From positions 744,001 through 808,000 of the forward strand of contig NC_089433.1 of assembly GCF_026210795.1 (NCBI RefSeq): a DNA stretch of 64,000 nucleotides, given 5' to 3'. The stretch is from Rhizophagus irregularis (Eukaryota). Shown piece after piece: positions 29,683-41,632 of this stretch (its first letter is position 1; each line of letters begins with the position of its first letter). Under the pieces are notes generated by a model, which was not told the DNA's origin, ran no database searches, and saw only the letters and a program-made list of their open reading frames with translations. The position numbers were made by a program, and so were the translations under genes.

Positions 29683-29918
29683 CAGGACCCAGAAATATGT
29701 ATATAGGGGTCAGGTGATGAAAAAAATTTTTTACTATGAGCTGTACGCATTTTTTCAGGGCCGGAATTATGATAATGTCAGTCGGTTACTATAATAGGAA
29801 ATAAAATTCAGACTGGAATTATCAAAAATTATCTAAAAAAGGAAAGATTTTCATATTTTTTTTAGTTCAAAATACGCAAACTCAAACCTGACCTTTTTAT
29901 ATATATTTCTGGGTCCTG
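29683..29918. mobile_element. 236-bp MITE with ~32-bp TIRs
   Basis: CAGGACCCAGAAATATGTATATAGGGGTCAGG...CCTGACCTTTTTATATATATTTCTGGGTCCTG. Flanked by a CGTGAC duplication, or by an 8-bp GCGTGACC duplication if the termini are AGG/CCT. Confidence 0.9.
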
Positions 29919-30008
29919 CGTGACCGATGCTGATACGATATGAAAGGCGTTTAAATCTAGTTCTGTAGTTCCTTGTGCAGATGATACTGCAACTGAAAAG
30001 AAGATCTC

Positions 30009-31208
30009 TCTTTAATCACAAGTACAATAAATGGAGCCTATAAATAGCAAGAAAAAAAAGTCGTTAGTATGGCTGGTACCAGGTGGAAGCAACCACCACC
30101 ATACGCGTAAAAAAAAAGTTTCCAGAGAGGTGATGGTATCATACTACTCAAGTGGACACCCTAGAACTTGCGCAATAAAAATTTTTTTTTTGTTTTTTTG
30201 TTTTTTTTTTTATTTTTTGTTAAAATTTTCTTTTTTTTTCTTTTTTTTCATGTCTTCTATTTTTTTTTAATTCTATTTTTTTTTCTTTATTTTTTCATTT
30301 TCATTTTTTCACCATTTTCTTTTTTCTTCTATATATTTTTTTTCTTTTATTTCTATTTTTTTTTCATTTTTTTTCACTTTTTTTCTTTTTTTTATTATCT
30401 TTTTTTTCTTTTTTTTAAACCCTTACTGTAAGGTCCTTTGGGATACTACTGACAATATGATACCATGCATACGAGCCAGGTGCATAGGCTAACCCTCCTC
30501 CAGGAAAGCCAGTTTCTCATATATACTCTCTTTCAACTTTTTTTACCTGTAAGCCTGTATCATTAAAACTATGCAAGCAGGGAGCGCATGCTTACCTTAT
30601 AAATGGATGATAGTTTACACAAATTTCAACTATTCTTCTTTAATCACAAGTACAATAAATGAAATCTATAAATAACAAGAAAAAAAAGTCGTTAGTATGG
30701 CTGGTACCAGGTGGAAGAAAAATCAACCACCACCATACGCGTAAAAAAAAAGTTTCCAGAGAGGTGATGGTATCATACTACTCAAGTGGACATCCTAGAA
30801 CTTGCACAATAAAAATTTGTTTTTTTTTGTTTTTTTTGTTTTTTTATTTTTTTGTTAAATTTTGTTTCTTTTTTTTTCATTTCTTCTATTTTTTTCTTCT
30901 ATTTTTTTTTCTTTATTTTTCATTTTCATTTTTTTTCCCACCTTTTTTCTTTTTTCTTTTATTTATTTTTTTCTTTTATTTTATATTTTTTTTTTCATTT
31001 TTTTCTCTTTTTTTCTTTTTTTTTAAACTCCTACTGTAATGGTCCTTTGGGATACCACTGACAATATGACACCATGCATACGAGCCAGGTGCATAGGCTA
31101 ACCCTCCTCCAGGAAAGCCAGTTTCTCATATATACTCTCTTTCAACTTTTTTTATCTGTAAGCCTGTATCATTAAAACTATGCAAGCAGGGAGCGCATGC
31201 TTACCTTA
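30009..31208. repeat. Two ~590-bp direct copies (30009-30599, 30637-31208) separated by a 37-bp spacer; candidate structured RNA or element
   Basis: Near-identical complex flanks surround a diverged T-rich core in each copy. Each copy has an internal imperfect ~50-bp inverted repeat. Confidence 0.9.
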
Positions 31209-32677
31209 ATATTGGTCTACTGTAAATCTTAATTCGTAAATACAATCCATACCATATTACATTTTTTCATCTTCAAGATTATATTTTTTATTTTCAACCT
31301 TTGTAACATTGACCTTAAATGTTGAGTTTGAGTATTGCTTTCATTGCCAACCAAGAAAGAATTTCGTGAGTCTTGCCTGGAAATAAAAAAAATAAAAAAG
31401 AAAATTTCGTATTGAATATATTTTTCCATAAAATAATAAAATGTATTTTTTCTAATATCGAAAAACAAAAGAAGACTTAAAGAACCTATCAGGTAAAAGA
31501 TATTCTTGGTTTATTAATTTCATCTGACGAGTTACTTATCGAAGAGAAACGAAGAGTTTGTAAAAAGGAAAAATTTCATATTGAATATATTTTTCCATAA
31601 AGTACAAGTTTAATTTCTCTGAGTTCGTGAGTTCGTGAGTTGCGTTATATGAATATATTTATTTGAAGTTTTTGATAAAAAAATGAAAAATGAAGTATTG
31701 AGAATATATTTTTCCATAAAGTATGGAATATATTCCGTACTTAATTTCTCTGAGTGAGTGAATATGTTTATTTGAAGTTTTTTAAAAAAAAATGAAAAAT
31801 AAAGTATTGAGAAATTTGAGGGAGTTTGGGGTATATTTATACTTTTTAAAAAATCTTTTACACAGTAGATGATATGGGAACTTCGATGTTAATTATTTGA
31901 TAATCAAAATTACAAGATCTATAGGAAATAATGACTCATTAAAATCTTGAATCTTGATAAAAAAATCTCTTTTTTTTAAAAAAAAAGTAAAAAAAAAGTT
32001 AAAAAAAAATGTAAATATTTATGAGTCATTACTAATATTTATAGGGGTATATCGATCGTAAAATCACATTTCGATTGATTCCAAATTTTCTAATGTATTA
32101 GATCTGGAAACTAGTCCAAATTAAAAAAAACTTTTTTTTTTATAAATTGCGTAATATCATTGCAGAATCTTTTCTCTTGAAATATTATATCATTAATCAG
32201 TTACAAGATTATCTATCTATCATGTAAAAAAAGAAAATAATCACAAATAATAAAAATTCAAACACGAAATACACTTGATACTTTATTAACATTCGGGTTT
32301 CTTTTTTATGACGTGTAAGTACTCACCAAACCTCCTTGTTAAGTTTTCAATGCTTTCTTCGTTAGAAAGATCTATAACCTCGCATGCTAAGAAAGCAACA
32401 CTCTAGCGTATACGCTTTTGGCGCTTCATGAAAGAATGATTGTAATTAATGACAAAGAAGCATACAAAATCTTGATATAATGCGGGTGACTGGGAATGGA
32501 AACTTCAAAAATTAATTTAGTGCACACGAGTCAATTTCGTGTACACGCCCCAATATGTAAACAATGAAAACACTTAATATTAAAATACAATAAATACAAT
32601 ATAATGTTAAAATATTATAATTTTATTAAAACTTTATTAATTACATTATTATGGAATTTTAATTATCTACTATCATA

Positions 32678-33390
32678 TCATACCCATATATACTTTTAAA
32701 AGCTGGAAATTGATCATCGATACTTGAAAATGATACGTGTAACTTATTATTGGACGACGACATCGACATTTCAGTAACCTTGTCAATAACATAATCCAAT
32801 TAAAATAAATTTTAGATTCATCTATACCACACACATTTGCTTTGATGCAGCACCATCAATTAGATCATCGATTTGACCATGAGCACGAGCGATAGTTAAT
32901 CTAGCGCAAGGGTTGATAGTTTCAACTTCAAATTCTTCATTTTCATTCAGAAATGAAACAGAACCAACACGCATAAATCGGTGATCCATATCATATTTTT
33001 TACTAGCAGGGGTTCAATTTGGAGAATCATAGAAGCAACACATGCATTTAAATTTTCTACTCTCTCATATGATAAATTATCTTGATAAATTTGATAATCT
33101 CTCTTTATTTCACTTTCTCGTAATCCCAAATAATTTTCAGTTTTTTCCTGCAAATTTTCTGCTGGTGTTCCATTCCACTTTGTCTAATTCTGAAGGATGT
33201 ATGCACCTGTCCAATATTTCACATAATCCAACTGTGCCATATCGTTATAACTATGAAATTTGCACCATTGATTGAACTCATCGTCATCATAACCGTCGAA
33301 TAGACCCAACTTATCCCATGATTTAAACAGACATACATCATTGTTAGAAGATTCTAAGACCATCATTCTTTAGAATTCCGGAAAGACCAT
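32678..33390 (-). pseudogene. Disrupted intronless gene, possibly PP2C/PPM phosphatase-like
   Basis: Collinear fragments with in-frame stops and frameshifts. LGLFDGYDDDEFNQWCKFH resembles FGVFDGHGG..A..C..H, and RLTIARAHGQ resembles LAVSRALGD. Family call is by eye only. Confidence 0.4.
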
Positions 33391-33874
33391 TTACCAATAC
33401 GACAACTCTGATTGAGTACGTCCTGATTAAGAGGGTACGTTCACTGCAAGTTTTCGAATCAGGTGTACATTTCATTAATAAATAGCTGTTGATTATATAC
33501 AATTAATTAATTGGGTTAGGGTATTTATATATTATTTTATATTTTTATTAATTTTATGGTTTATTTATAAATATCTGATATTTAATAAATTCATCTAATA
33601 TTTGTTAAATTTTTGCATTCTCAAATCTCAATAATTGATCTGGAGCAATATTTGATTCAATATACTGTTTTTGTGCCATATTAACTATCACACATTACAA
33701 TGATTTCCATTTCCTATTTTTATCATACACTAATACAGGTACACGTTTTAAAATCAATAATTGTCTCTGGTTTTCTATATAACTTATTAATAACTCTAAT
33801 TTATTAACAAATTTTAATATATAAATTAAACTTGTTGAAAGTGCGAGCGACGTAATTCAACGTTTTAATTAAAG

Positions 33875-33980
33875 CCCTATAAAAAATTTTCTGGAAAATT
33901 CCGATAAATGGTCATTTTTTAGTTTTCATTCCAGAAAAACTCCGATATGTGATCAATTTTCTAAAAAATTTTTTATAGGG
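33875..33980. mobile_element. 106-bp MITE, CCCTATA (CMC/CACTA-like) family
   Basis: CCCTATAAAAAATTTT...AAAATTTTTTATAGGG with a perfect 3-bp TSD AAG. Confidence 0.92.
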
Positions 33981-35608
33981 AAGTGATTCATGAGTCAAAG
34001 GATCTGCAGAAAATGCGAATTTGGCGTGGCGTCAAAAAATTATGTTTAAAAATAGAATATTCGAAACTTGGATAAATATTATATATTAAGTCTTGAATGG
34101 GTTCACATAAAGAGCATTATTTAATCGGGTATCAGAAAAAAATTACTAGCGATAGATATACAGTATATCGATGAGTCGGTATAATCTGGTCAATATTATT
34201 CCTAGAATCTGCGCAGTACTCAAATTTTTCAATAAAGTGAATGGAATAACCTTCACAATATATATGTATATATATAATCTGATCATGATATTACTGTAAA
34301 TTTTTTAACCATATTTATTGTTCCAAAACAATTGAAATATTAATGAAGATAGAGTACTGTATCGTCAAAAATTCGGGATCGACTTCTACCTAACGTTTTA
34401 TTGGTCGAAGTTTTATTTTTTTTTCTCTGAAACCAACATAATTAAGTCCAATTTCACATAAACTAGATTTGAAATTATTTTATGAATATTCATTTGTATA
34501 ACTTGTATTGCAATTGCGGTATGTTCAGACATATTAGCTCAGAGATTGACCAGTGTTTATTTCATATAAACTTGAGCAAATTTATGTTCTGATTTTTTTA
34601 TACAATGTTTTGTTAGTTTTGCCATTGTTAAAAAAAAATTTACGGAACGTTCTTATAATTTTTGACAACTGGCTTCACCCTTTCACACTTTCTGTTTGTA
34701 TATTTAATTATTACTTTGTGTTGCATTAATACGCCGCACAATTTCGTTTTAGAAACAACAGATATGTTGTTGATAATTAAACCTTTTACTTTAGAAAAAA
34801 CGTACAATTAACAATCAATCGTCATAGATCGCAGTTAAATCAAATCGTACGAGGAATAAAAGGACAAGATTTGTCACGTATGATATAATATACGGTAATA
34901 ACCTAAACCAAGCATATGTTGATAAAGAACTAAGGAAATTGGAGTTTATTCCCTTTAATCGCAAATTTATAAAGCTATTTGAGTTGGTAGCAAATAAAAA
35001 TGCACTTGTATTTTCTTGTTCTCATAATTGTACAATTTAAATACATCTAATAAATTGAATTAGCTCAAGATATTTTATCAGACTTTTTCAAAAAACAAAT
35101 AGAGGTAATGACATCGGTAGAATTACTCAAGTGCATATTAAGACCCGAGCTATATTAGTCATATATGTAAAATTGTAAGTAAACTAAATATAAGATTAAG
35201 CAAAATGTAATACAAAATTTGCGGTATGTAATAGCGCTATATTCTTATTTTATTTTATTTTAAAAATTAAGACAATGACGAAAGCCATACAAGACTGGGA
35301 GCTGAGCCCTTACAAAAGAAACTACGACGCATCACTATACTCGTATAAAGTATAAACTCAACTCTCGCAAGGATCGTACTGCCTATTTTTTATAAGACAA
35401 TACTAGGCATTGCCTGCATTGTAAGATAAAGAACAATAGCGAAATAAAATAAAATAAAATAAAATAAACAAAAAAGAAGGATTCTAACTAAACGTTCATC
35501 CGTATTTTTCTTTCGTCTATCGACGCCTCACGTAAATACTGTCATGTGAGGAATGGTGCACTATTTTCAGGTCCTTAATTGTTTTAAAGTTTTGAAAGGA
35601 GGATGGAG

Positions 35609-36058
35609 TTAATCGTACACCGGCGTAGGCGGAAACACGATAGTCGCTGCAGATTCAGCAGCGGAAACGTAAGAATTGTCCGTGATGGTTGAGGTGGAGC
35701 TGTTGTCAGGAGGAGGTGTTCTCCGTAAAAATATTTTTGTATCGTTAATAATTTCTCGATCTTTATCGGATATAATGTACGTGGCGTTGACGTTTGCCTT
35801 GTTGGTAACGTTTTCAATGTATAAAGTAGGTTTGGCGTTGTATGCTTGGTAAAATTGAAGCGCACGGGCATAGCCGTAGTTGTAATGTGGAATGGAACTG
35901 GTGTCGAAAAGTTGCCTAATTTTATAATCAAAAAGGTTAATATTGTAAGTATCTTTGTAAAATATTCGTGGGTCTCCGGGAGTACCCGGAAGTAATGGTG
36001 GGAATGGTTTCTTTTTCTTGTTACTAGCGGTTATATTCTGTATGTTACGTTCAATTAA
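35609..36058 (-). other. 149-codon open frame with no start codon (5'-truncated ORF or terminal exon, possibly TE-derived)
   Basis: Stop-free frame LIERNIQNITASNKKKKPFPPLLPGTPGDPRIFYKD...PPTPVYD*. Richer in GC and CpG than its flanks. Absent from the ORF track because it lacks an early start codon. Confidence 0.45.
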
Positions 36059-38149
36059 TCACTGACTAGCCGTCAAATCATGTGCACGTAAAGTCGTAAT
36101 GACTCAGCATGATCATTTTAACTCAACTAGTAATAATCATATTTGATTATGTCACGATTTTTTATACTTTGGCTATAACCTACCACGTAATTATTGTCGC
36201 ATACTTTTTTTTCTCAGACCTGAATTTTACTAATATACACAACCCTTCAAGAACTAAAATAATATAAATGAATAAAAATAAAAATTTACCTTAAAAAAAT
36301 ATTTTGAAACCTCTAATTAGATATTATGATTTTGATATTATGGAAAGGTAAAAATTATATTACGCGAGACACTATGGGAAATATTTACTAAATAGGAAAT
36401 TAATGTGTTTGTTATCATGACTCGTAAGTTAATGAGTCATGACTAATCACATTATATAAAATACCTCAAAAAAGAGTATAAAAACTTTACCTTTCCTTTA
36501 TCCTGTAAGTAAGATTTTCTTTTCTTACAATATTTCACTCCATGATTAATTTTTTGAACTTTATAACAAATTTTCTACACGTTTAATTCATTTTTTTCTT
36601 TGAAATCCCTCATATAGTCTATGCAACTAAGCATTACTCTTCCTCAACAATCAAGATTAGAAGCAGAATGTGAAATGTTTGAATATATATTTCAAATTCA
36701 TTTGTGGTAAGATGAAAAAAAAAATATTCTACATATTTTGTATTTCAGATTATTTATTCAGAAGAAGATTAAGAAGATTGCAAAGTTGACAATATGCAAT
36801 AAACAAATTTCTTGAATGAATGGTAACATTATTAAATAAAATATAACAACATGAATAATTGTACTCTTTTTTAAAAATTGCAAGAAATTCCACCATTTAC
36901 TTGATTATTTAAGCGTGGTAATATTTGGTATATTTATAGAATTAACTATATTTGATTTGTTATAAAAAAAAATATTATACGTTAATAGAAGGAATACCAG
37001 GAACTCATCCAAGACATACTTTGACTTTGATGTGTAAGAATAAATATCTATTATTTAATTATACTTTTATTATTACATTGTAAAGTGTAAACAAACTAAC
37101 TTATGCAAAGAAGAATATACAGTAGTATGCTAAATCCATTCATAAAGAATAACAGAGAATTAATAAATTTTGATGGATTTGTGTGAAGTAGATTTTTACG
37201 AAAGTCTAGAGAAAAATAATAATTTTTACGTATTATAATAATAAAAAACTCACTATTTTAAAAGATAATTTTAATTATTATTCATTTAAAAGTAGATGGA
37301 TCAATATATGGCATTATCTAAAAGGATTTTGTTCTAAGTATTACATTAAATAAAATATATAATATGCACGCCTCGTTAATTCAACATTAAGTTTTGTATA
37401 GAATAGTTATAGAATATTGCTTTTGAAGTAAAATATGATTTGAAAATTCTTACTTTCTTTATTTAAAGAAGAAATTATTTCTCCTGTTACATTGGACACA
37501 ATCAGAAAAAAGTCATTTTTATATACTTTTGGATGATATTGGCCTCAAGTACCTAGGAAGGAAAAACAAGACAATAGAACTTCCTTTATTTAATCGTTAT
37601 GAGACACCTATAAGAAGTATCATTACGTACCAATTGTTGTATATTCTTATATTTTTAGATCTTGCTTCGGCTCTCATGTCTGATAATAGTGTCACATCAT
37701 TTTATATATGGAGCCTAAGTTTCTATTCCAGAATATTGGAACAAAAACAGATAGATTTACTTTTGATTGCTGAAACAACCTACCAAAGATGCTACTTTAG
37801 TTCGTAAAGGAATAAAAGCCAAAGAAATGCTATGTGAACTCGAGGGAGTTCAAATAATAGATTGTGAAGATGGATATCATCTTATGACAGAAGAAGTTGC
37901 TCAAGAGTCGGCACCTCTTGGTAACCTTCGAAGCAGTTTTATAAACTATATGCGTTCACAATAATTATCTTAGAAGTCAATTGGATAGTTATAAAGTATA
38001 TTTGCAGAACGTGAGATAACAGACTTCAACCGAACCAGTAGGAGATAGAGAGAAAAAACCAGCAAAATGAAAGATTTAGGTTAAGAGCCAAAATTACGAT
38101 AATGCCAGCAAGCATTAGGTTCTGGCTGACATTATCTATATTAGGACGA

Positions 38150-38700
38150 TCATTCCTTTAATCAGGTGATTTTAAAAACATTTATATGCCCAGCCAATGA
38201 ATTTTATAAAATTAATTGGGAAAAAAAGCTTAATGCCTTATGTAAATTAGTAAGTCCACAGAGATTTACGTAATAGAATATCTTTTTTATAAATTTATAA
38301 TGTAGTGATAGGTGATTTTTGAATAAGTAAATCTGCAATTGAATCTACTGATAATTATAATGAAGATAGTATCATTCTTTACATGGCTCCAGAGATTTTT
38401 ATAGATAAAAAATATACTACATCTTCAGATACACATAGTTTTAGAATGACTATATGTGAGTTCATGACAGATAGAAGACCTTTTTGGAACAAAATCCTCG
38501 TTATAGAGTTGATAATTAAAATATGTGATGGTAAGATGAATTACGACACAAACGCACCTTAAGGATATACTGTATATTTGGGCTAATTAAAGAATGTTGG
38601 CTTTTCTAATCCAAAAAAAAGACAACAGCTAATGATATATATAATAGAATTAGAAAAATACTGGCAAAGAAGAAAATCAAAAATCAACTAAAATTAATGC
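38150..38700 (+). pseudogene. Tyrosine-kinase-like protein kinase pseudogene (C-lobe)
   Basis: YMAPEIFIDKKYTTSSDTHSFRMTICEFMTDRRPFW...ELIIKICDG...TNAP*GY matches kinase subdomains VIII-XI, with stops and frameshifts. Confidence 0.8.
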
Positions 38701-39143
38701 AGAAATAATAAAAACATCTCATTTATTTGGCTACTGTTTAATATTTCATTTATTTATTATTTGTGATTTATATTAATAATTATTATATTGAAATGATTTA
38801 ATTGAAGATAATGGTATGATAAATCAAACTTTTCTTGTGTTTTCTGTAACTAATAAATTCAATATTATTAATAATTTAATATCATTTAGAACAAAATACC
38901 AAAAAAAGAAACTATTTGAAAATAATGTTGACGATGAACATTAAATATTTAATAAATATGATGTAACGAAATTTTTTTTTTATAGGAGAAATGCTATCTA
39001 GTCTTTAGTAAAAATGGACAGATAGATGTAATACATCGACTTCTGATCCTAACTCCTAATTTAATTCGATTAATGTAAGCATTATGGAGCCGCTATAGCG
39101 TAAATTTGCAATTTCATGTAATAAACTTATTAATTCTTTTTAG

Positions 39144-39302
39144 ATTATTTGTCCGGAACGAAGCGAAGGACTATATATGTCTACGCATTATGAAAAACGA
39201 TCGATCACGGGAGTTCTGTCCCTCACGTGACGACGTGACGTAATCACAAATCTGAGTTCTTTTTTTTCGCTCCGGACTTACAACGGTTTCCGTTTCCTAG
39301 TT
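39144..39302 (+). mobile_element. Short Helentron/DINE-1-like non-autonomous element, copy 1
   Basis: Subterminal inverted repeat GTCCGGAACGAA/TTCGCTCCGGAC, 3' hairpin AACGG-TTT-CCGTT, ends CTAGTT, no TSD. Homologous copy at 51400-51556. Confidence 0.7.
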
Positions 39303-39772
39303 TTACAAAAGAAAGAATGAATGATAAGCATTATACCTTTTAGTTTTCGATTTATTGATCACGACAAACAAAAATTTTTATTATAAAAAAAATTTCAGAG
39401 CAAGCAATTTAATATTAATGAGAATAGTGAGAATATGCTTTTTTTTATGTATTTTAATAGAAATCCTTTTCATCATATTTTAAAGGATCATTACATAATG
39501 TAATTGTAATGAAAATATAATATAATTATTTTATTGTGTAAATATTTTGACAAAATTTAAAAAATAACCATCATATTGTTTAAGGATATATATATAATAT
39601 ATATTTCTTGATTTCTTCGTTAATATTGACAAATCGCATTAAATGGATGACAACATCATTGACAGCAAACGGATTATATAATCTATATTTTTTAAGCTAA
39701 CAATAAAATAAACCAATATAGGATGTTAACATATGACTTAATTAATTAGCAAAAAATTCAGATATTAAACTA

Positions 39773-40761
<989 letters not shown>

Positions 40762-41337
40762 TTTATACGAAAGTTGGAAAAAGTGGGTTTGATATTGTGA
40801 GAATATTGCCACTTGTAATTATTGTATTTGTATTTGATTGGCACTATTTGTGATCATAAGAACTACATATGACCTTTCCTATCAGAGATTTTTTCACAGG
40901 TAATCTTTATCATACGGTGCACTAGTTCAAATTAAGGATGTTTATGATTTGTGTACGTTGATCATAATAGCAAGTACCTACCTAAATAATAACAAGGACA
41001 AATGATTAACTCTGCAGTTTCACAAGATGATAAATTACGTAGTAACACAGTAAACACAGTAAAATTCTATCTTAAGTAACACGACATTTTAAAAATAGTA
41101 TAAAGTAATATATATATTACGCGTTTTTTTCGCGTTTATAGTAGGCTTAATAGGCTTATAAATCGTATAAATATCAATTTTTAACAGAACAATTAAGATT
41201 TTGATTATAAAAGAATTTTAGATTTCACTAATTCGTTGATTATGAATTAATTTTGAGAACTTGTAGTTATATTATATCTATAAATAACCTATGATAACGT
41301 ATAAAATCAATTAGGTACATTATTTATTTTGAAATAT

Positions 41338-41632
41338 CCCTATAAAAAAAGAAAATTCGGAATTTGTCCTGAAAAGTATGGAAAATGTCCGGAAATTTTC
41401 CATGCGTCCGGAAAACATTCGGAAACGGTCATGTTTTGGAACATTTTCCGGACGCTCGATTCTGGACAAATTCTGGACAAATTCTGGAGTGTCAAGAAAA
41501 TGTCTGGAATTTGTGCGTCCGGAAAATGTTCCAAAACGTGACCGTTTCCGAATGTTTTCCGGACGCACGGAAAATTTCCGGACATTTTCCATACTTTTCA
41601 GGACAAATTCCGAATTTTCTTTTTTTATAGGG
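41338..41632. mobile_element. 295-bp foldback MITE, CCCTATA family, 118-bp TIRs
   Basis: 41338-41455 and 41515-41632 are inverted copies with 2 mismatches. Perfect TSD TAT. Confidence 0.95.

Noticed and set aside
29660..30000. C/D box snoRNA interrupted by the MITE (ATGATG..CTGA, ATGATA..CTGA)
   Set aside because: The C boxes are imperfect, with no terminal stem or recognisable rRNA guide.
30489..30496. CTAACCCT as a telomerase RNA template (also in the second copy)
   Set aside because: Only 8 nt, no convincing downstream pseudoknot, and the unit's pairing favours the opposite strand. Not fully excluded.
30031..31061. Phe-rich ORFs
   Set aside because: Translations of T-rich low-complexity DNA.
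30009..31208. Hammerhead, HDV or twister ribozyme, RNase P/MRP, or SRP RNA in the duplicated unit
   Set aside because: Core motifs are absent, incomplete or in the wrong order by manual inspection.
35505..35550. Hammerhead ribozyme (stem followed by GAAA on the minus strand)
   Set aside because: The CUGANGA core is missing.
31930..36445. Scattered TGA(C/G)TCA AP-1/Gcn4-like sites
   Set aside because: Short motifs in AT-rich DNA, not tied to an intact gene. Enrichment cannot be tested by eye.
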